Positions 50,126 through 63,543 of a stretch of DNA of 64,000 nt are shown one piece after another. The translations under genes and the position numbers were made by a program. Positions within the stretch are counted from its first letter, which is position 1; every line of letters begins with the position of its first letter. Origin of the DNA: Thermodesulfobacteriota bacterium (GTDB taxonomy: Bacteria > Desulfobacterota > Desulfarculia > JACQYL01); the NCBI GenBank assembly GCA_963675595.2, contig CAXXLZ010000002.1:1344001-1408000 (forward strand), read 5' to 3'. The notes under the pieces were generated by a model. It did not search any database, was not told where the DNA came from, and saw nothing but the letters and a program-made list of their open reading frames with translations.

Positions 50126-50330
50126 TCCGCCGGCATCATGGATCCGTGGGGACCATTGGATTGCGACCGGTTTTGATGTCGTTTCGAACCAGGAGAACGA
50201 GGGGGGATGCAACAGGGGTTACCCACTACATTCTTCCCGGATCCGACCGATTCAAAAGGGAAGGGAATTGTGGTACTTACCGCATAATCCCGGTCGGCGC
50301 AACGGGCCGTCGCATTGATGGGATCACCGC

Positions 50331-52211
50331 ATGCATCCTCTAGAGCTGGACATCAGGACTTTGTGCTTCGTAACCGTTCTTTTCGCGTTCGGTCTGGGGA
50401 CGGTTCTCATCTCATTCGCTTTGGTCCAGCGCTCCTTCACCGGCCTGAAACGCGTCGGGTTCGGCTTTGCATGTATCGGCCTGGGTTTTTTGCTCATCGG
50501 CCTTCGCGATCACATTCCCCCGGCCCTGTCCGTGGTGGCGGCCAACACCCTGTTGGTAGCGGGCTTCGTCCTCATAAACGACGGCATACGACGCTTTCTC
50601 CACGCGCCGCCCTCCAACATGCAAATCGCCGCGGCGCTGCTGCTGTTCACCATTGCGGTCTTCATCCACTACACGTATTTCAATCCCAATGTTCAGCATA
50701 GGATATTCTGGATAAGCCTTCTCACGGCCGTTCTCGCCGGGGTAAGTTGGAAAAGCCTCCGCCGGGAAACCCCCATCTATTTGAAGGCGCCCCACCGTCT
50801 GATCTCTTTGGGGTTCACTCTTTTCAGCGGCTTCATGTTGTTCCGAGCCTTATGGGTTCTGGAAGACATCCGGATAAGCAACTTCATGAGTGCGGGCAAT
50901 ATTCACGGCTTGGCTTTTCTGGCCATGGTCCTGCTCCTGCTTTTCGTCTCCTTCGGACTGGTATGGATGGCCAACGCGTACCTCCAAAATGAACTCAAGC
51001 AATACGAGCGCATTATTTCAGCCACTCCGGACATGATCATGTTGGTCGACAAGGACGGCGTCTACAGCCTGGTCAACGACGCGATTTTGAAAAATCTGAA
51101 TAAACGCAGGGAAGATGTCCTGGGCAAGCGTTCCGCCGAGCTGTTCGGAGAGGATGTCTTTAAATCCGTGAGCGAGCCGAACCTGAAAAGAGTGTTTGCC
51201 GGAGACATCGGCCGGGCCACACTCTGGCTGGACCTTCCGGTTGAAGGAAGACGATATTTGGCCGTCACCTACCACCCCGTTCCGGACTCGGACGGCCGAA
51301 TCAACTTTGCGGCCATCAACGCCAGGGACATAACCGATCTTGATCGTGCGCAGCGGGAAAGACAACGCATCTTCGATCTTTCCTTCGATATGTTGTGCAT
51401 CGCGGGAATGGACGGGTATTTCAAGGAAATGAATCCCGCCTGGACCAAGACTCTCGGCTGGAGCCGGGAGGAGCTCATGAGGCAGCAATGGGTCGATTTC
51501 GTACATCCGGAGGACATCCGGGCCACCGTTGAAGCGGGAGCCATGCTCATGGAAGGCAAGCCGGTCGTGGACTTCGTGAACAGATATCGGACCAAGGACG
51601 GATATCACAAGCATATCTCATGGAATTCCTATCCGGACCTCTCCAACCGGCTGATTTTTGCGGTAGCAAGAGATATCTCGGATCGCATTCAAATGGAGGA
51701 AGAACTCAAGAGAATGGCCGAGTTCGATCCACTGACCGGGGCCTACAATAGACGGACTTTCATGAAGCGTCTAAGCGACGAAATGGAAAGAAGCCTCCGG
51801 TACCGTATCCCTCTGTCCCTGCTCATGCTGGACATCGATCACTTCAAGGTCGTTAACGACACCTACGGCCATCCGGTCGGGGATCAGGTGCTCAAAAAGC
51901 TGGTTGCCGAATGCGCGGAATCATTGCGCTCCACGGATATGTTTTGTCGCATGGGAGGAGAGGAATTCACGATCCTGCTGCCTCATACGAACATCGGCGA
52001 CGCCCTCGTAACGGCGGAAAGAATACGGGTGAAGCTCAGCAGGAGCACGTTTAATACGAACGACGGGCCCCTGAACTATACCGTGAGCGTGGGCGTTACC
52101 GAAATGCGGCCTGATGATGCCGATGAGTCCGTGGAAAGCATTCTCAAAAGGGTCGACGACGCCCTCTATCTTGCCAAAAACCGGGGCCGCAACAGGGTCG
52201 AAAGGGCTTGA
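50331..52211 (+). CDS. Membrane-bound PAS-PAS diguanylate cyclase
   Basis: About 7 TM segments, two PAS domains, DIDHFK..ND.YGH and RSTDMFCRMGGEEF. Confidence 0.92.
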   Translation: MHPLELDIRTLCFVTVLFAFGLGTVLISFALVQRSFTGLKRVGFGFACIGLGFLLIGLRDHIPPALSVVAANTLLVAGFVLINDGIRRFLHAPPSNMQIAAALLLFTIAVFIHYTYFNPNVQHRIFWISLLTAVLAGVSWKSLRRETPIYLKAPHRLISLGFTLFSGFMLFRALWVLEDIRISNFMSAGNIHGLAFLAMVLLLLFVSFGLVWMANAYLQNELKQYERIISATPDMIMLVDKDGVYSLVNDAILKNLNKRREDVLGKRSAELFGEDVFKSVSEPNLKRVFAGDIGRATLWLDLPVEGRRYLAVTYHPVPDSDGRINFAAINARDITDLDRAQRERQRIFDLSFDMLCIAGMDGYFKEMNPAWTKTLGWSREELMRQQWVDFVHPEDIRATVEAGAMLMEGKPVVDFVNRYRTKDGYHKHISWNSYPDLSNRLIFAVARDISDRIQMEEELKRMAEFDPLTGAYNRRTFMKRLSDEMERSLRYRIPLSLLMLDIDHFKVVNDTYGHPVGDQVLKKLVAECAESLRSTDMFCRMGGEEFTILLPHTNIGDALVTAERIRVKLSRSTFNTNDGPLNYTVSVGVTEMRPDDADESVESILKRVDDALYLAKNRGRNRVERA

Positions 52212-52277
52212 GGTCTTCCTCCACTCCCGGCCGGGTACGGATGTTTCCCCGGAGACAATGTGCACAAATACCGTGCC

Positions 52278-52721
52278 TCAGTGGGGCGCTCCGCCGTGTT
52301 TATCCGTCTGAATCACGGCGTGGGCCAACCATTGCCAGCCCGTGTCCGTCATGATGAAAATGCTCATGCGCGGCGCGTGCCTGGCGGTTTGGCGCTCGCC
52401 TCGGATGGTTTCAATCACGCCGGCGGAATAGGTGACGATAACGACGTTGTCCAGGCGAGTGGTTTTGAAATCGCTGAGCTCGAATTCCTTGAAATCCACC
52501 TTCTGCAGGAGTTCCATTTCCCGGGCCTTGTCCACGGCTCCGAAAGCATGCAGTGACTGAAAAGCCGGGGACAGCAATGATTCATGTTCAGCCCATTGTC
52601 CCGCAGCCGAAATCCCCCAAATTTGTCTGACCAGTTGTTCGCCGTCCACCGGTTCCGCACAGAATCCGGCGGCACTCGCCAGAACGAACAACGCCCCTAT
52701 GACGAAGCTCCTGATTCTCAT
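52278..52721 (-). CDS. Secreted NTF2/DUF4440-like protein
   Basis: Signal peptide; LLSPAFQS..GWQWLAHA; RBS AAGGAGG. Confidence 0.75.
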   Translation of the reverse strand: MRIRSFVIGALFVLASAAGFCAEPVDGEQLVRQIWGISAAGQWAEHESLLSPAFQSLHAFGAVDKAREMELLQKVDFKEFELSDFKTTRLDNVVIVTYSAGVIETIRGERQTARHAPRMSIFIMTDTGWQWLAHAVIQTDKHGGAPH

Positions 52722-52893
52722 CACTTTCTCCTCCTTCCGACTCCGAGAAGTCGCTGATGCTGCGAATAGACTCCCTTCACGCCAATGGAAAGTCTTCCCG
52801 CATTGGATGACGCATCTCCGCGATGGGCCATTGAAAAACGATGAGATGCACGCCGCGCGGATCACCCATTGCATGATTACGTGAAAGGTGAGC

Positions 52894-53076
52894 ATTCAGA
52901 GGGGTATCCGAGCCCCCCAAAAAGCTCTAAGTATTTGGTCATTTTGGACGGTCACATGCTGCTCGTTTGGCGAATCGCGTACGCGATCCGCCAAAGCCCC
53001 ACGGGAGTCCGGGGGGCCCTTGGTCCCCCGGCGAGGGTCCCGAGGGACGGCGTCCCCCTGCGCCACACCCGTGAAT
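52894..53076. repeat. REPIN-like mosaic
   Basis: ATTCAGAGGGG...CACACCCGTGAAT. Confidence 0.78.
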
Positions 53077-53989
53077 GGGTACGAAATGCGTTTTACCATG
53101 GTCCGCCGAACCTGTTTGGAGCATCTTATGAACTTCAGGACCATACCTTTCGCGTCCGACTTTCTCAATCCCGGTCACCCGGTGCGCCCCTTTAGAATGA
53201 AGGCCGTTTGTCGCAAGGAAGTCGAGTCCTTGCGATAGCACTCATCAAAGACAATCGCCCGACCGATGCATATCAAGACAAGTGGAGAGATAGGAGAAAG
53301 GTGGTGTGTGGAAGCGCCCTTTAGCCTTTCAAGAGGTTCGAAGCTTCCGGCTTGCATCTCCTCCTGGAAACCTAAAGTTCATTGGGCGTAAAAAGCAGCA
53401 TCACGCAGATCGAAAGTGAATCAATCGTTGTTCGAAGGACGATCTCATGAAGAAGAACGGGCAATTCCGACAAGAGCCTTCTAACTTCTGTGACAAATGT
53501 GCCACGCTAGCGCCTTCCGGCCTCAAAATTCCGGTGGACGGAAGACCGTTTTCATACGAGGCAATCCGGACTAACCGGCCGGTTTCTCTTCTCGTTGAAC
53601 GTGTCCCTGTATTTCTCTCTCGATATGCCGGGTTTCGCCTGGTCAGTTGCCCGGGAATCGGACTATTACCGCGGCTGTGAACTTGAAATTATATCGGCTA
53701 TCAACGATCATTAAAGTTTTGTATTACCGGGGCGAATCCGGAAGCAAACGCCAAGACACCGGTCCCTCCGGGCGTTTTAGCAGCCCATTGAACTCGGCGG
53801 GTCGTCAGAGGCAAGCCGACACGCAATCCGCGTTGGAGTCGGCTGTCCGAGGTCGGGTGAAGGCTCCTTTGATTCGCGGAGGCCCCTTCTAATCATTGAA
53901 TCCCAACACCCAGCAGCCCTTTGAAAAAAGCCGGTTGCCGCAGGTCGCGTTTTTCAACGGCCTGCTGACCCGGCAGACACCCGGAAACC

Positions 53990-56737
53990 ATGCTTCCGCA
54001 CAATCCAAAAGAAATCAGTTGTCGCATCACGCGAACCTTGCTCATGTACGTCCGTGAACAAAACGGCGGGTCGCTGGGTGATCTTTTGCAGGGCATCGAC
54101 CTCGACGAAGCCTATTTGTTGGACCCGAACAACTGGATATCCCACAACTTTTTGCAGGTTCTTTATCATAGAATGATTGATTTATTGGGCGATCCCAATG
54201 CCGTGTATAACATGGCATTGTCCACGGAACGCTTCGAATCTTTGGGTCTTATAGACAGAATGATCAGGATTGTGGGCAACCCGAAGCTGATCTACTCACA
54301 AACACCAAGGTACAACAAACTACTTAAACTTAACGGAAGCGTTTTTGTAAGAGAGGTCGGACCATCATGGGCCGTTTTGGAAGACCGATACCATGACGGC
54401 TCCCGGAAGACTCGCTTCGACTGTGACTACACTCGAGGGATGTTCGCTGCCCTACCCACCATGTTCGGGATGCCCGCCGCAGATGTGGAAGAAATGGAAT
54501 GCCAAGTCTCTCCCGTAACGTACGGTACTCGAACCTGGCCCGACGACCCTCTCCACAGCGGTAACGGGTGTCTTTACAGGGTCCGTTGGAATCCGAAGGA
54601 CGGCCCCCCCGTTTGGAAACGCTTCTTCAGACGGCGACACTTCCACCGACAAGCCATCAAAGACCTTCAACATGCCAATCAACTGATCCAAAGCAAATAT
54701 GACGAAGTGAAACAACTAGTCGTCGACCTTGAAACGGCAAACAAGCAGTTGACCACATCAAAGAAGGAGTTGGAAGAACAGAAGGCCAAGCTGATCACAT
54801 CGGAAAGACGCTATCGTTTGTTGGCCGATAATGTCAACGATGTCATTTGGTCTTTGGATATGGATATGATGTTTACCTATATCAGCCCGTCCGTTGAGCG
54901 CCTACAAGGATTTACGCCTCAAGAAATCGTAAACGGGAACCTTCGGAAATTGCTGACCCCTGAGTCTCATCAGCTAGTCGAAGATATTTTTCATACGGAA
55001 TTGGATAAACATAACAAGGGACTTAGACCTCCGGAACAGTCGACCACGTTCGAGGTCGAGCTCGATTGCAGAGACGGTTCTCAAAAAACGGCCGAAGTTC
55101 AGGCTAATTTCGTCTACGACGCAGGCGGGAATGCAATAGGTGTGATCGGCACCACGCACGACATCACCGAACGGAAGCGGGCCGATAATGAACTTCGCAA
55201 GAGTGAAGAGCGGTTGCGCGCAATCTTTCAGGCGGCCGAGACGGTTTCCTTCGTCATTACGGATGGGAAAGATCCCGAACCCCTTGTATTGGATTTCAGC
55301 CGGGGGGCTGAGAACATATTTGGATACGCCGAAAATGAAATTCTCCATAAGCCTGTCTCCGCACTCCACATTCCGGAGGACGTCGAGCAGTTTCCCGAAG
55401 TACATCAAAGGATGAAAGAGGGAACACCCGGATTTTCCGGCGAAACCACCCTGGTTCGAAAATCGGGAGAACGATTTCCCGCACTGTTCTCAACGTATCC
55501 TCTCTTTGACGATAAAGGACGTATGTACGCGGTATTGGGTGTCGGCTTCGATCTCAGTGAACAGCACAAACTCGAAATGCAGCTCCGCCAGGCTCATAAG
55601 ATGGAATCCGTCGGAAGGCTTGCAGGCGGAGTCGCCCACGATTTCAACAACATGCTCGGCATCATCCTCGGTAATACCCAACTGGTGTTGCAGCAGTTGG
55701 AGGCGAATAACCCACTTATCGACAACATGAACGAAATCCGAAGGGCGGCGGAACGTTCGGCCGCCTTCACGGGTCAGCTCTTGGCCTTTGCCCGTAAGCA
55801 GACCGTGGCCCCCAAAGTGCTCAACCTCAATGAAACGCTGGAGGGGATGCTCAAAATGCTGGCACGATTGATCGGAGAGAACATCAATCTTGTCTGGCGC
55901 CCTCAAGAATCCGGTCTTTGGCCCGTCGAAGTAGACCCCTCGCAAATCGATCAGATATTGGCCAATCTATGTGTCAACGCGCGGGACGCCATAACGGGGG
56001 TCGGCGACGTTACCATAGAAACGTCCAATACCCGATTCCATGAAGAGGACTGCCTTGGTCGGAAGGGCTTCAAGCCCGGCGACTTCGTGGCTATCTTGGT
56101 CAGGGACAACGGCTGCGGTATGGACGAGGAGACCATCGCCAATATATTTGAACCGTTTTTCACCACAAAGGATGTGGGGCGGGGGACCGGACTGGGGTTG
56201 GCCACCGTTTATGGAATTGTAAAGCAAAACGGCGGGTTCATTAACGTGCATAGCGAAAAGGGACAAGGGACGACGTTCGAGGTCTATCTCCCTAGATATA
56301 TGAAAAAGGCTTCACATACAATAAGGGATGATTCATATAGGACGGTATCGAGAGGCCATGAAACCATCCTATTGGTCGAGGACGAAGAGGCCATCCTGAA
56401 AATGACCAAGACGATTCTCGAACACTTCGGTTATCATGTACTAACCGCCTCCGGTCCCACTGAAGCCATCCAAGCAGCCGAATCATATACAGGCGAGATC
56501 GAACTCCTCCTAACGGATGTTGTCATGCCCGAGATGAGCGGTCGTGACATGGCCGAGAGCCTTTTATCCCTATATCCGAATCTGAAGTGTCTATTCATGT
56601 CCGGCTATACCGCCAGTGTCATCAGCAGCCACGGAGTATTGGAAAAAGGAATCCATTTTATCAACAAGCCTTTTCTGATCGAAGACCTTGCCGCCAAAGT
56701 AAGGGAGGCGCTGGATCCACAAACAACCGGCGAATAG
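53990..56737 (+). CDS. Hybrid sensor histidine kinase (V4R-like N-domain, 2 PAS, HisKA, HATPase, REC)
   Basis: GGVAHDFNN, NLCVNARDA, FFTTK..GTGLGL and LLVEDE..LLTDVVMP motifs. Confidence 0.93.
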   Translation: MLPHNPKEISCRITRTLLMYVREQNGGSLGDLLQGIDLDEAYLLDPNNWISHNFLQVLYHRMIDLLGDPNAVYNMALSTERFESLGLIDRMIRIVGNPKLIYSQTPRYNKLLKLNGSVFVREVGPSWAVLEDRYHDGSRKTRFDCDYTRGMFAALPTMFGMPAADVEEMECQVSPVTYGTRTWPDDPLHSGNGCLYRVRWNPKDGPPVWKRFFRRRHFHRQAIKDLQHANQLIQSKYDEVKQLVVDLETANKQLTTSKKELEEQKAKLITSERRYRLLADNVNDVIWSLDMDMMFTYISPSVERLQGFTPQEIVNGNLRKLLTPESHQLVEDIFHTELDKHNKGLRPPEQSTTFEVELDCRDGSQKTAEVQANFVYDAGGNAIGVIGTTHDITERKRADNELRKSEERLRAIFQAAETVSFVITDGKDPEPLVLDFSRGAENIFGYAENEILHKPVSALHIPEDVEQFPEVHQRMKEGTPGFSGETTLVRKSGERFPALFSTYPLFDDKGRMYAVLGVGFDLSEQHKLEMQLRQAHKMESVGRLAGGVAHDFNNMLGIILGNTQLVLQQLEANNPLIDNMNEIRRAAERSAAFTGQLLAFARKQTVAPKVLNLNETLEGMLKMLARLIGENINLVWRPQESGLWPVEVDPSQIDQILANLCVNARDAITGVGDVTIETSNTRFHEEDCLGRKGFKPGDFVAILVRDNGCGMDEETIANIFEPFFTTKDVGRGTGLGLATVYGIVKQNGGFINVHSEKGQGTTFEVYLPRYMKKASHTIRDDSYRTVSRGHETILLVEDEEAILKMTKTILEHFGYHVLTASGPTEAIQAAESYTGEIELLLTDVVMPEMSGRDMAESLLSLYPNLKCLFMSGYTASVISSHGVLEKGIHFINKPFLIEDLAAKVREALDPQTTGE

Positions 56738-57116
56738 AATCAAGGCTTCGACGCTCGCAGCTCTCCCGTTCGAAAGACACCACCGGACAATCCCCCAAGT
56801 GCCCTCCTCACCCGCTTGGAAGCAGCTCCCACATCATCGGAGCTGCCGTTGTATCCATTGCGAAATTCCTGCTCTGCAATACTCGTTCCCTGTCCGACCG
56901 CACGGGCAAGGCTCAACCCCGAGGAATAAGGCACCCATGGAAGTGCGTCGCAAAGATGAAGGATGAAGCGCAACGCCGCGGATCTCGCTCCTCACCGATC
57001 CATAACGGTTGATGTCCCCGAACTGCGAACCCGGTCCTCGAAAGAATATCGATCTCCCCCGGGCATGTTCGCCGGAATCGGTTTCCGCTCCGGAAGAACG
57101 CCGAGGATCGGTTTTT

Positions 57117-57359
57117 GTTCACAGGGTCACCGGGGAACCCGTTCCCCCGGACCCCCAGCGGGCTCCGTCCCGCTAAGCGGGACGAAGCCGATATAGAGGT
57201 CTATTGCGCGAATTCATGAGATGTGAGGAACATTGGAAATCAGCGAGGAGACCTATTGCTCCCTCAGCCTCTCCGCCGAAGGCGGTGAGCCACTCTTAAA
57301 GCGCTTTGAAAGGGGGAACGGGGGAGGACTTTCCCGCAAGTCCTCCCCCGTGAATGCCT
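57117..57359. repeat. REPIN-like element forming the 5' exon of the intron
   Basis: TTCACAGGGTC...GGGGGAGGACTTTCCCGCAAGTCCTCCCCC-GTGAATGCCT. Confidence 0.82.
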
Positions 57360-59383
<2,024 letters not shown>

Positions 59384-59713
59384 ACGAGGATCGTGTGCCG
59401 CCATTTCATTGGAATCTTTGAGGGGCTGCATTTCCTTGCTTGACCATGGAATGGGAGGGAGGTACGTTGAGTTAAGAATTGTGAATGTTCCTTTTCCCCC
59501 TCGCTCCAAACCTCGGAAAACAACCCAAGATTATGATGCGGGCTCCGCTACGGAGGGGCGCCGTCACCGTGCGACGCGCATCCGGAACGCATGAGAGAGG
59601 CGGTCTATACGTCCGTCTGGAGTCAAGCCGCTTTCTTCGGGAAGCCTTCCGGCGTCGGGAAGGACCAAAAGGACATTCGAACCGAACACCAATAGTAGAA
59701 GAGGAGGCGCATT

Positions 59714-60439
59714 ATGAAGGGAGTGAAAACAACCGTATTTGTGCTCATCCTGCTCATTGCCGGAACTGCTGCCGCGGAGTTTCCCTCTGTTCCGGGAACG
59801 GCGGACCCGACTCATGTTTACTGGTTCAGCGACGAGGCGGATTTCTATATCTGGGCCCAAGACGACAAGCTGTATCTTCGAGTGGAATTATTCTCGGATG
59901 AGTTTTTCGTGTGCGGTATTCTCTATAGCGTCCTCCAGAGCGACGGCGCAGGAGACTTCAGTGGAGGAAGTCTGTATCCCGTCCGCGAAGAAGGCGGGGA
60001 CACCGTGTGTGAGCATATCACCGCGGATGAAACCTTTCTCCTTGAGAATCAGGGATCAACCGTGGACCTCACCAAACCGATGGAAATTTACGTCGATAAC
60101 ATGGTGGACATGTCGATCCTCATCGACGTACTCGGCGGCGTCTCCAAGCTGGTCCCCATGAACGGAATCTGGCGCAGCGCCGACGGAACACTCAGTTTAT
60201 ACATACAGAAGTATCAAGCCCAATCGGCTGTTGCGGTCGCCACCCAAAACGCCGTGCAACTCGCCGCGTTCTTGGACCCCGACATCAGTGACGGGTTCAG
60301 CGTGGACAACGATCTGGGCAACCAGGGATTCGGAATCTCGTTCGTGTTTCAGAGCGCCACGCAGGCCACCGTTACGGTGGACCTGCCCACCGGAACGGTC
60401 ACCAAGGAAATAGCCCTGGCCTTCCCCGATCTTAGATAG
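59714..60439 (+). CDS. Secreted protein sharing a C-terminal domain with 26719-30168
   Basis: Signal peptide; PMNGIWRSADG..QKY..AFLDPD..ND...QG..LAFPD; RBS GAGGAGG. Confidence 0.8.
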   Translation: MKGVKTTVFVLILLIAGTAAAEFPSVPGTADPTHVYWFSDEADFYIWAQDDKLYLRVELFSDEFFVCGILYSVLQSDGAGDFSGGSLYPVREEGGDTVCEHITADETFLLENQGSTVDLTKPMEIYVDNMVDMSILIDVLGGVSKLVPMNGIWRSADGTLSLYIQKYQAQSAVAVATQNAVQLAAFLDPDISDGFSVDNDLGNQGFGISFVFQSATQATVTVDLPTGTVTKEIALAFPDLR

Positions 60440-60739
60440 CGTCTTCGGCCCCGAAGCCCGCCCTTCCACGGCGGGTGATCCGGGGCCGAAGCTCATCGCC
60501 CTTCCTTTCATCCGAACGCGCACATGTCCAACTCGGCTGCAATCCTTTTTCCCATTCGACGCCCTGGAAAACCGTAGTCCGATCCACTTCGGACAAGCCT
60601 GTCCCCCACCACCAAGGAAGCAAGGGAGACAAACGGCGGTGGTGCCGCCCCTTTCTGCGCGGCCGACTCGCGGGACGGCTCGTGAAGCTTGCTTCTTTTT
60701 CGGAAGCCGAACATCGCCGCCCACCGGGAAACGACGCCC

Positions 60740-61912
60740 TCAGTTCACCGTAACCCGATTACGCCCATTCGCCTTGCTCCTGTACAGGGCTTCATCCGCT
60801 TTGGCCAACAGGAGGCTGGGTTCCGAGGAAGGGTCGGGGATGACCGTGGCCACGCCCAGGCTTATGGTTACCAGCCTATCCACGGCCGACGCCGGGTGGG
60901 GAATCGCTTTTGCCTGTACCGAAGCCCGGATTTTACCGGCGATGACACCCGCCCCGGCCGAATCGGTGTTGGGCAGAAGAACTGCGAATTCTTCACCTCC
61001 ATAACGTACCGCCACATCCGAGACTCTACCGATGGAGTCCCTTATGGCATCGGCCACCAAACGTATACAGTCATCCCCCCTGAGGTGGCCGCAGGCGTCG
61101 TTGAAGTTTTTGAAATGGTCGATGTCCGCCATGATCAAGGAAAGAGAATGCTCATCCCGCCTCAAACGTCGCCACTCATCGTTCAACGTGCGGTCGAAAT
61201 ATCGCCGATTAAACAAGCCGGTGAGTCCGTCAAGATTGGACAGCGCCTCTATCTCCCGATTCCTCTTCTGCAAAGCCGCTTCCGTTTCCGCCCGGGTCTT
61301 CTCATAGAATACGGCGAGGATGGCGGCGGTAAAATTCAAAATGATCACGTTGGCCAAGGCGACCAGGGGCAGGGTTTTGGGCCCGGAGCCGTATTTGAAC
61401 AGAAAAACGGAAGTGACGAGTATGAAAAAGATGGTGGAGGCTATCGTTCCATTCCGTAGTTCCAAAAGAAACAGGGCGACATAATAGAAGAGTACGGACC
61501 AAACGACCACGGTAACGTGAGAGCGGGGCAGGTAAATCGCGAACAGGCCGAATACACCGGAGACGATAATGAAGAACCAACAGGCCTTATAGAGCGTACC
61601 CGGGAACTTGACGACCACGTAAATCATGACCAGAAACGTCAGTGCGACCAGCAGTTCAACCAGGGAAAGGATCAATACTCCACGGAAGTAGTTGATGATG
61701 CAGAAGATCGCTCCTATCAGCACGAGCATGGACAGCCCGGTGATGAGCAGGGTTCGTTTGCGTCGCTCATGGACGTTCAAAGGTGGTTCTCCTTTCAGAA
61801 TATCCGGTGACGAATCCTGCCGTTCATCGCCATAAGACCGCCGCAATTTCACGGTGCTTCCGGCATTCGACTGTTCTAGCCCTATCCACGAACGCCACGT
61901 GTCGATCGCCAT
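60740..61912 (-). CDS. Membrane-bound diguanylate cyclase
   Basis: Several TM segments; DGLTGLFNRR, DIDHFKNFND and RYGGEEF motifs. Start uncertain. Confidence 0.9.
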   Translation of the reverse strand: MAIDTWRSWIGLEQSNAGSTVKLRRSYGDERQDSSPDILKGEPPLNVHERRKRTLLITGLSMLVLIGAIFCIINYFRGVLILSLVELLVALTFLVMIYVVVKFPGTLYKACWFFIIVSGVFGLFAIYLPRSHVTVVVWSVLFYYVALFLLELRNGTIASTIFFILVTSVFLFKYGSGPKTLPLVALANVIILNFTAAILAVFYEKTRAETEAALQKRNREIEALSNLDGLTGLFNRRYFDRTLNDEWRRLRRDEHSLSLIMADIDHFKNFNDACGHLRGDDCIRLVADAIRDSIGRVSDVAVRYGGEEFAVLLPNTDSAGAGVIAGKIRASVQAKAIPHPASAVDRLVTISLGVATVIPDPSSEPSLLLAKADEALYRSKANGRNRVTVN

Positions 61913-61962
61913 TGTCAATCCACATCATCGAATCGACAAGTGCCCGTGTTTCTATCTAAATA

Positions 61963-63543
61963 TCAGTCCTGGTCTTCATGATAGCGGGCTTCGGAATTCA
62001 CTATCCAAAGATTTTCTTTTGTATGAATATGATTAACGATATTATCTACTGCGGTCATGGCGGCCAACATGGAGTGATCCATGTTGTTATATCGATGCAT
62101 TCCATTTCTACCTATGGTAAATAGATTTTGGAATCTATCTACATATGATCTAACTAGATCAAATTGTTCATAAGTACCAAAGTACCCGGGATAAGCCTTT
62201 TCCTGCCTCACGACGCTGTAATCCATGACATCCCTATTTTCCAGGATACCCAACCGGATAAGCTCCGATGACGCCAACTTTGCCAAATCATGATCTTCCA
62301 TACGCCATAGATCATCTTCTTCCTTGCAGAAATATTCAACCCCGAGCCATATATATTTGTCGTCCCGAACCAGGTGGGGGCTCCAATTGTTGTAGACCTG
62401 CAATCTTCCCGAACGGACGCTCTTGTCTTGAATGTAAATCCACTGATCCGGAATCGGGCCTCCATTTCGTTGATGTTTCACTCTGTTCGTAAGCTTGAGT
62501 TCCTTCACCAAAAGAGCGACGGTAATGAAATCTCTATGCGGCAATCCCGATGCCGTCCGTCGCACATCTCCGGGCACATCGGCTCCCATAGCCGAAATCA
62601 AGTCTTTGATGGGCATGGTGGAAAAATACCAATCCCCGGACACGCGTTCGACCTCTTCGGTCTGCGTGTTCCGTACCAGGAGACCGCGCACCCGCTCCTT
62701 TTCGATTTCCACGCCGGTTACACAGTGGTTCAGCCGAATCGTCCCGCCCCCCCGTACCACCCTTTCCGCCGCTTCTTCCCAGAGCTGTCCCGGACCATAC
62801 TTGGGATACAGAAACATATCGGCCGTACCCGCCTCTCCCCCGAGCCGGAATCCTGAAAGATCGGTTCCCCGAAAAAGCGTTCGAAAGCCGTGTTTCAACA
62901 CTTTGTACACGGACAGCCCTTTGATGCGTTGCGCACCCCACTCGGGTTTCAGCGCGGAAGGAGGAACGCCCCAGACTTTCTGCGTGTAGTCTTTGAAGAA
63001 GGATTCATAGAGTCGTCTGCCGAAACGATTGATCACGAAATCTTCGAAGGAATCTTCGGATCGGATGGGCCGCAGGCGTGTATGCAGGTAACTCAAGCCG
63101 ACTCGAACGGCTTCGACGGCGCCCATTTTGGACAGTGTGTCCGTATTGATGGAAATGGGATAGTCAAACAGCTTCCCTCTGTAATAGATCCGGGAAATGC
63201 GTTTCCGCAGGAGCATGACCTTATCCGCTCCCTCCGGCTCCGGCATAGCGGACAAGTCTGAAATCGAGGCGCTCCCCCGGAGAATGGGGTCGTCGCCCGT
63301 CGGCGCATCTTGCGCCGGAAGGATGTTCCGCCACCAGCGCGTCACTTTTTCGGACCTTGAAAAGAACCGATGGCCGCCGATGTCTATGCGGTTGCCGTTA
63401 TGTTCAACGGTCCTGCAGATTCCTCCGATGCTTTCCGTAGCCTCGTAAATCACAGGGCGAATGTCCGTCCTTTGCAGGAGTTCATAAGCCGCAGTGAGTC
63501 CCGCCGGTCCCGCGCCCACAATGATGCCCGTCGCTTGCTTCAA
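61963..63543 (-). CDS. NAD(P)/FAD-dependent oxidoreductase (protoporphyrinogen oxidase/UGM-like)
   Basis: [21 protein letters not shown] and [15 protein letters not shown] motifs; probable TTG start at 63543. Confidence 0.88.
   Translation of the reverse strand: MKQATGIIVGAGPAGLTAAYELLQRTDIRPVIYEATESIGGICRTVEHNGNRIDIGGHRFFSRSEKVTRWWRNILPAQDAPTGDDPILRGSASISDLSAMPEPEGADKVMLLRKRISRIYYRGKLFDYPISINTDTLSKMGAVEAVRVGLSYLHTRLRPIRSEDSFEDFVINRFGRRLYESFFKDYTQKVWGVPPSALKPEWGAQRIKGLSVYKVLKHGFRTLFRGTDLSGFRLGGEAGTADMFLYPKYGPGQLWEEAAERVVRGGGTIRLNHCVTGVEIEKERVRGLLVRNTQTEEVERVSGDWYFSTMPIKDLISAMGADVPGDVRRTASGLPHRDFITVALLVKELKLTNRVKHQRNGGPIPDQWIYIQDKSVRSGRLQVYNNWSPHLVRDDKYIWLGVEYFCKEEDDLWRMEDHDLAKLASSELIRLGILENRDVMDYSVVRQEKAYPGYFGTYEQFDLVRSYVDRFQNLFTIGRNGMHRYNNMDHSMLAAMTAVDNIVNHIHTKENLWIVNSEARYHEDQD

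Noticed and set aside
53450-53900. Possible c-di-GMP or other riboswitch upstream of the hybrid kinase
   Set aside because: The conserved GGCAAAC..GACGCAAAGC core is not present; an Rfam scan would be needed.
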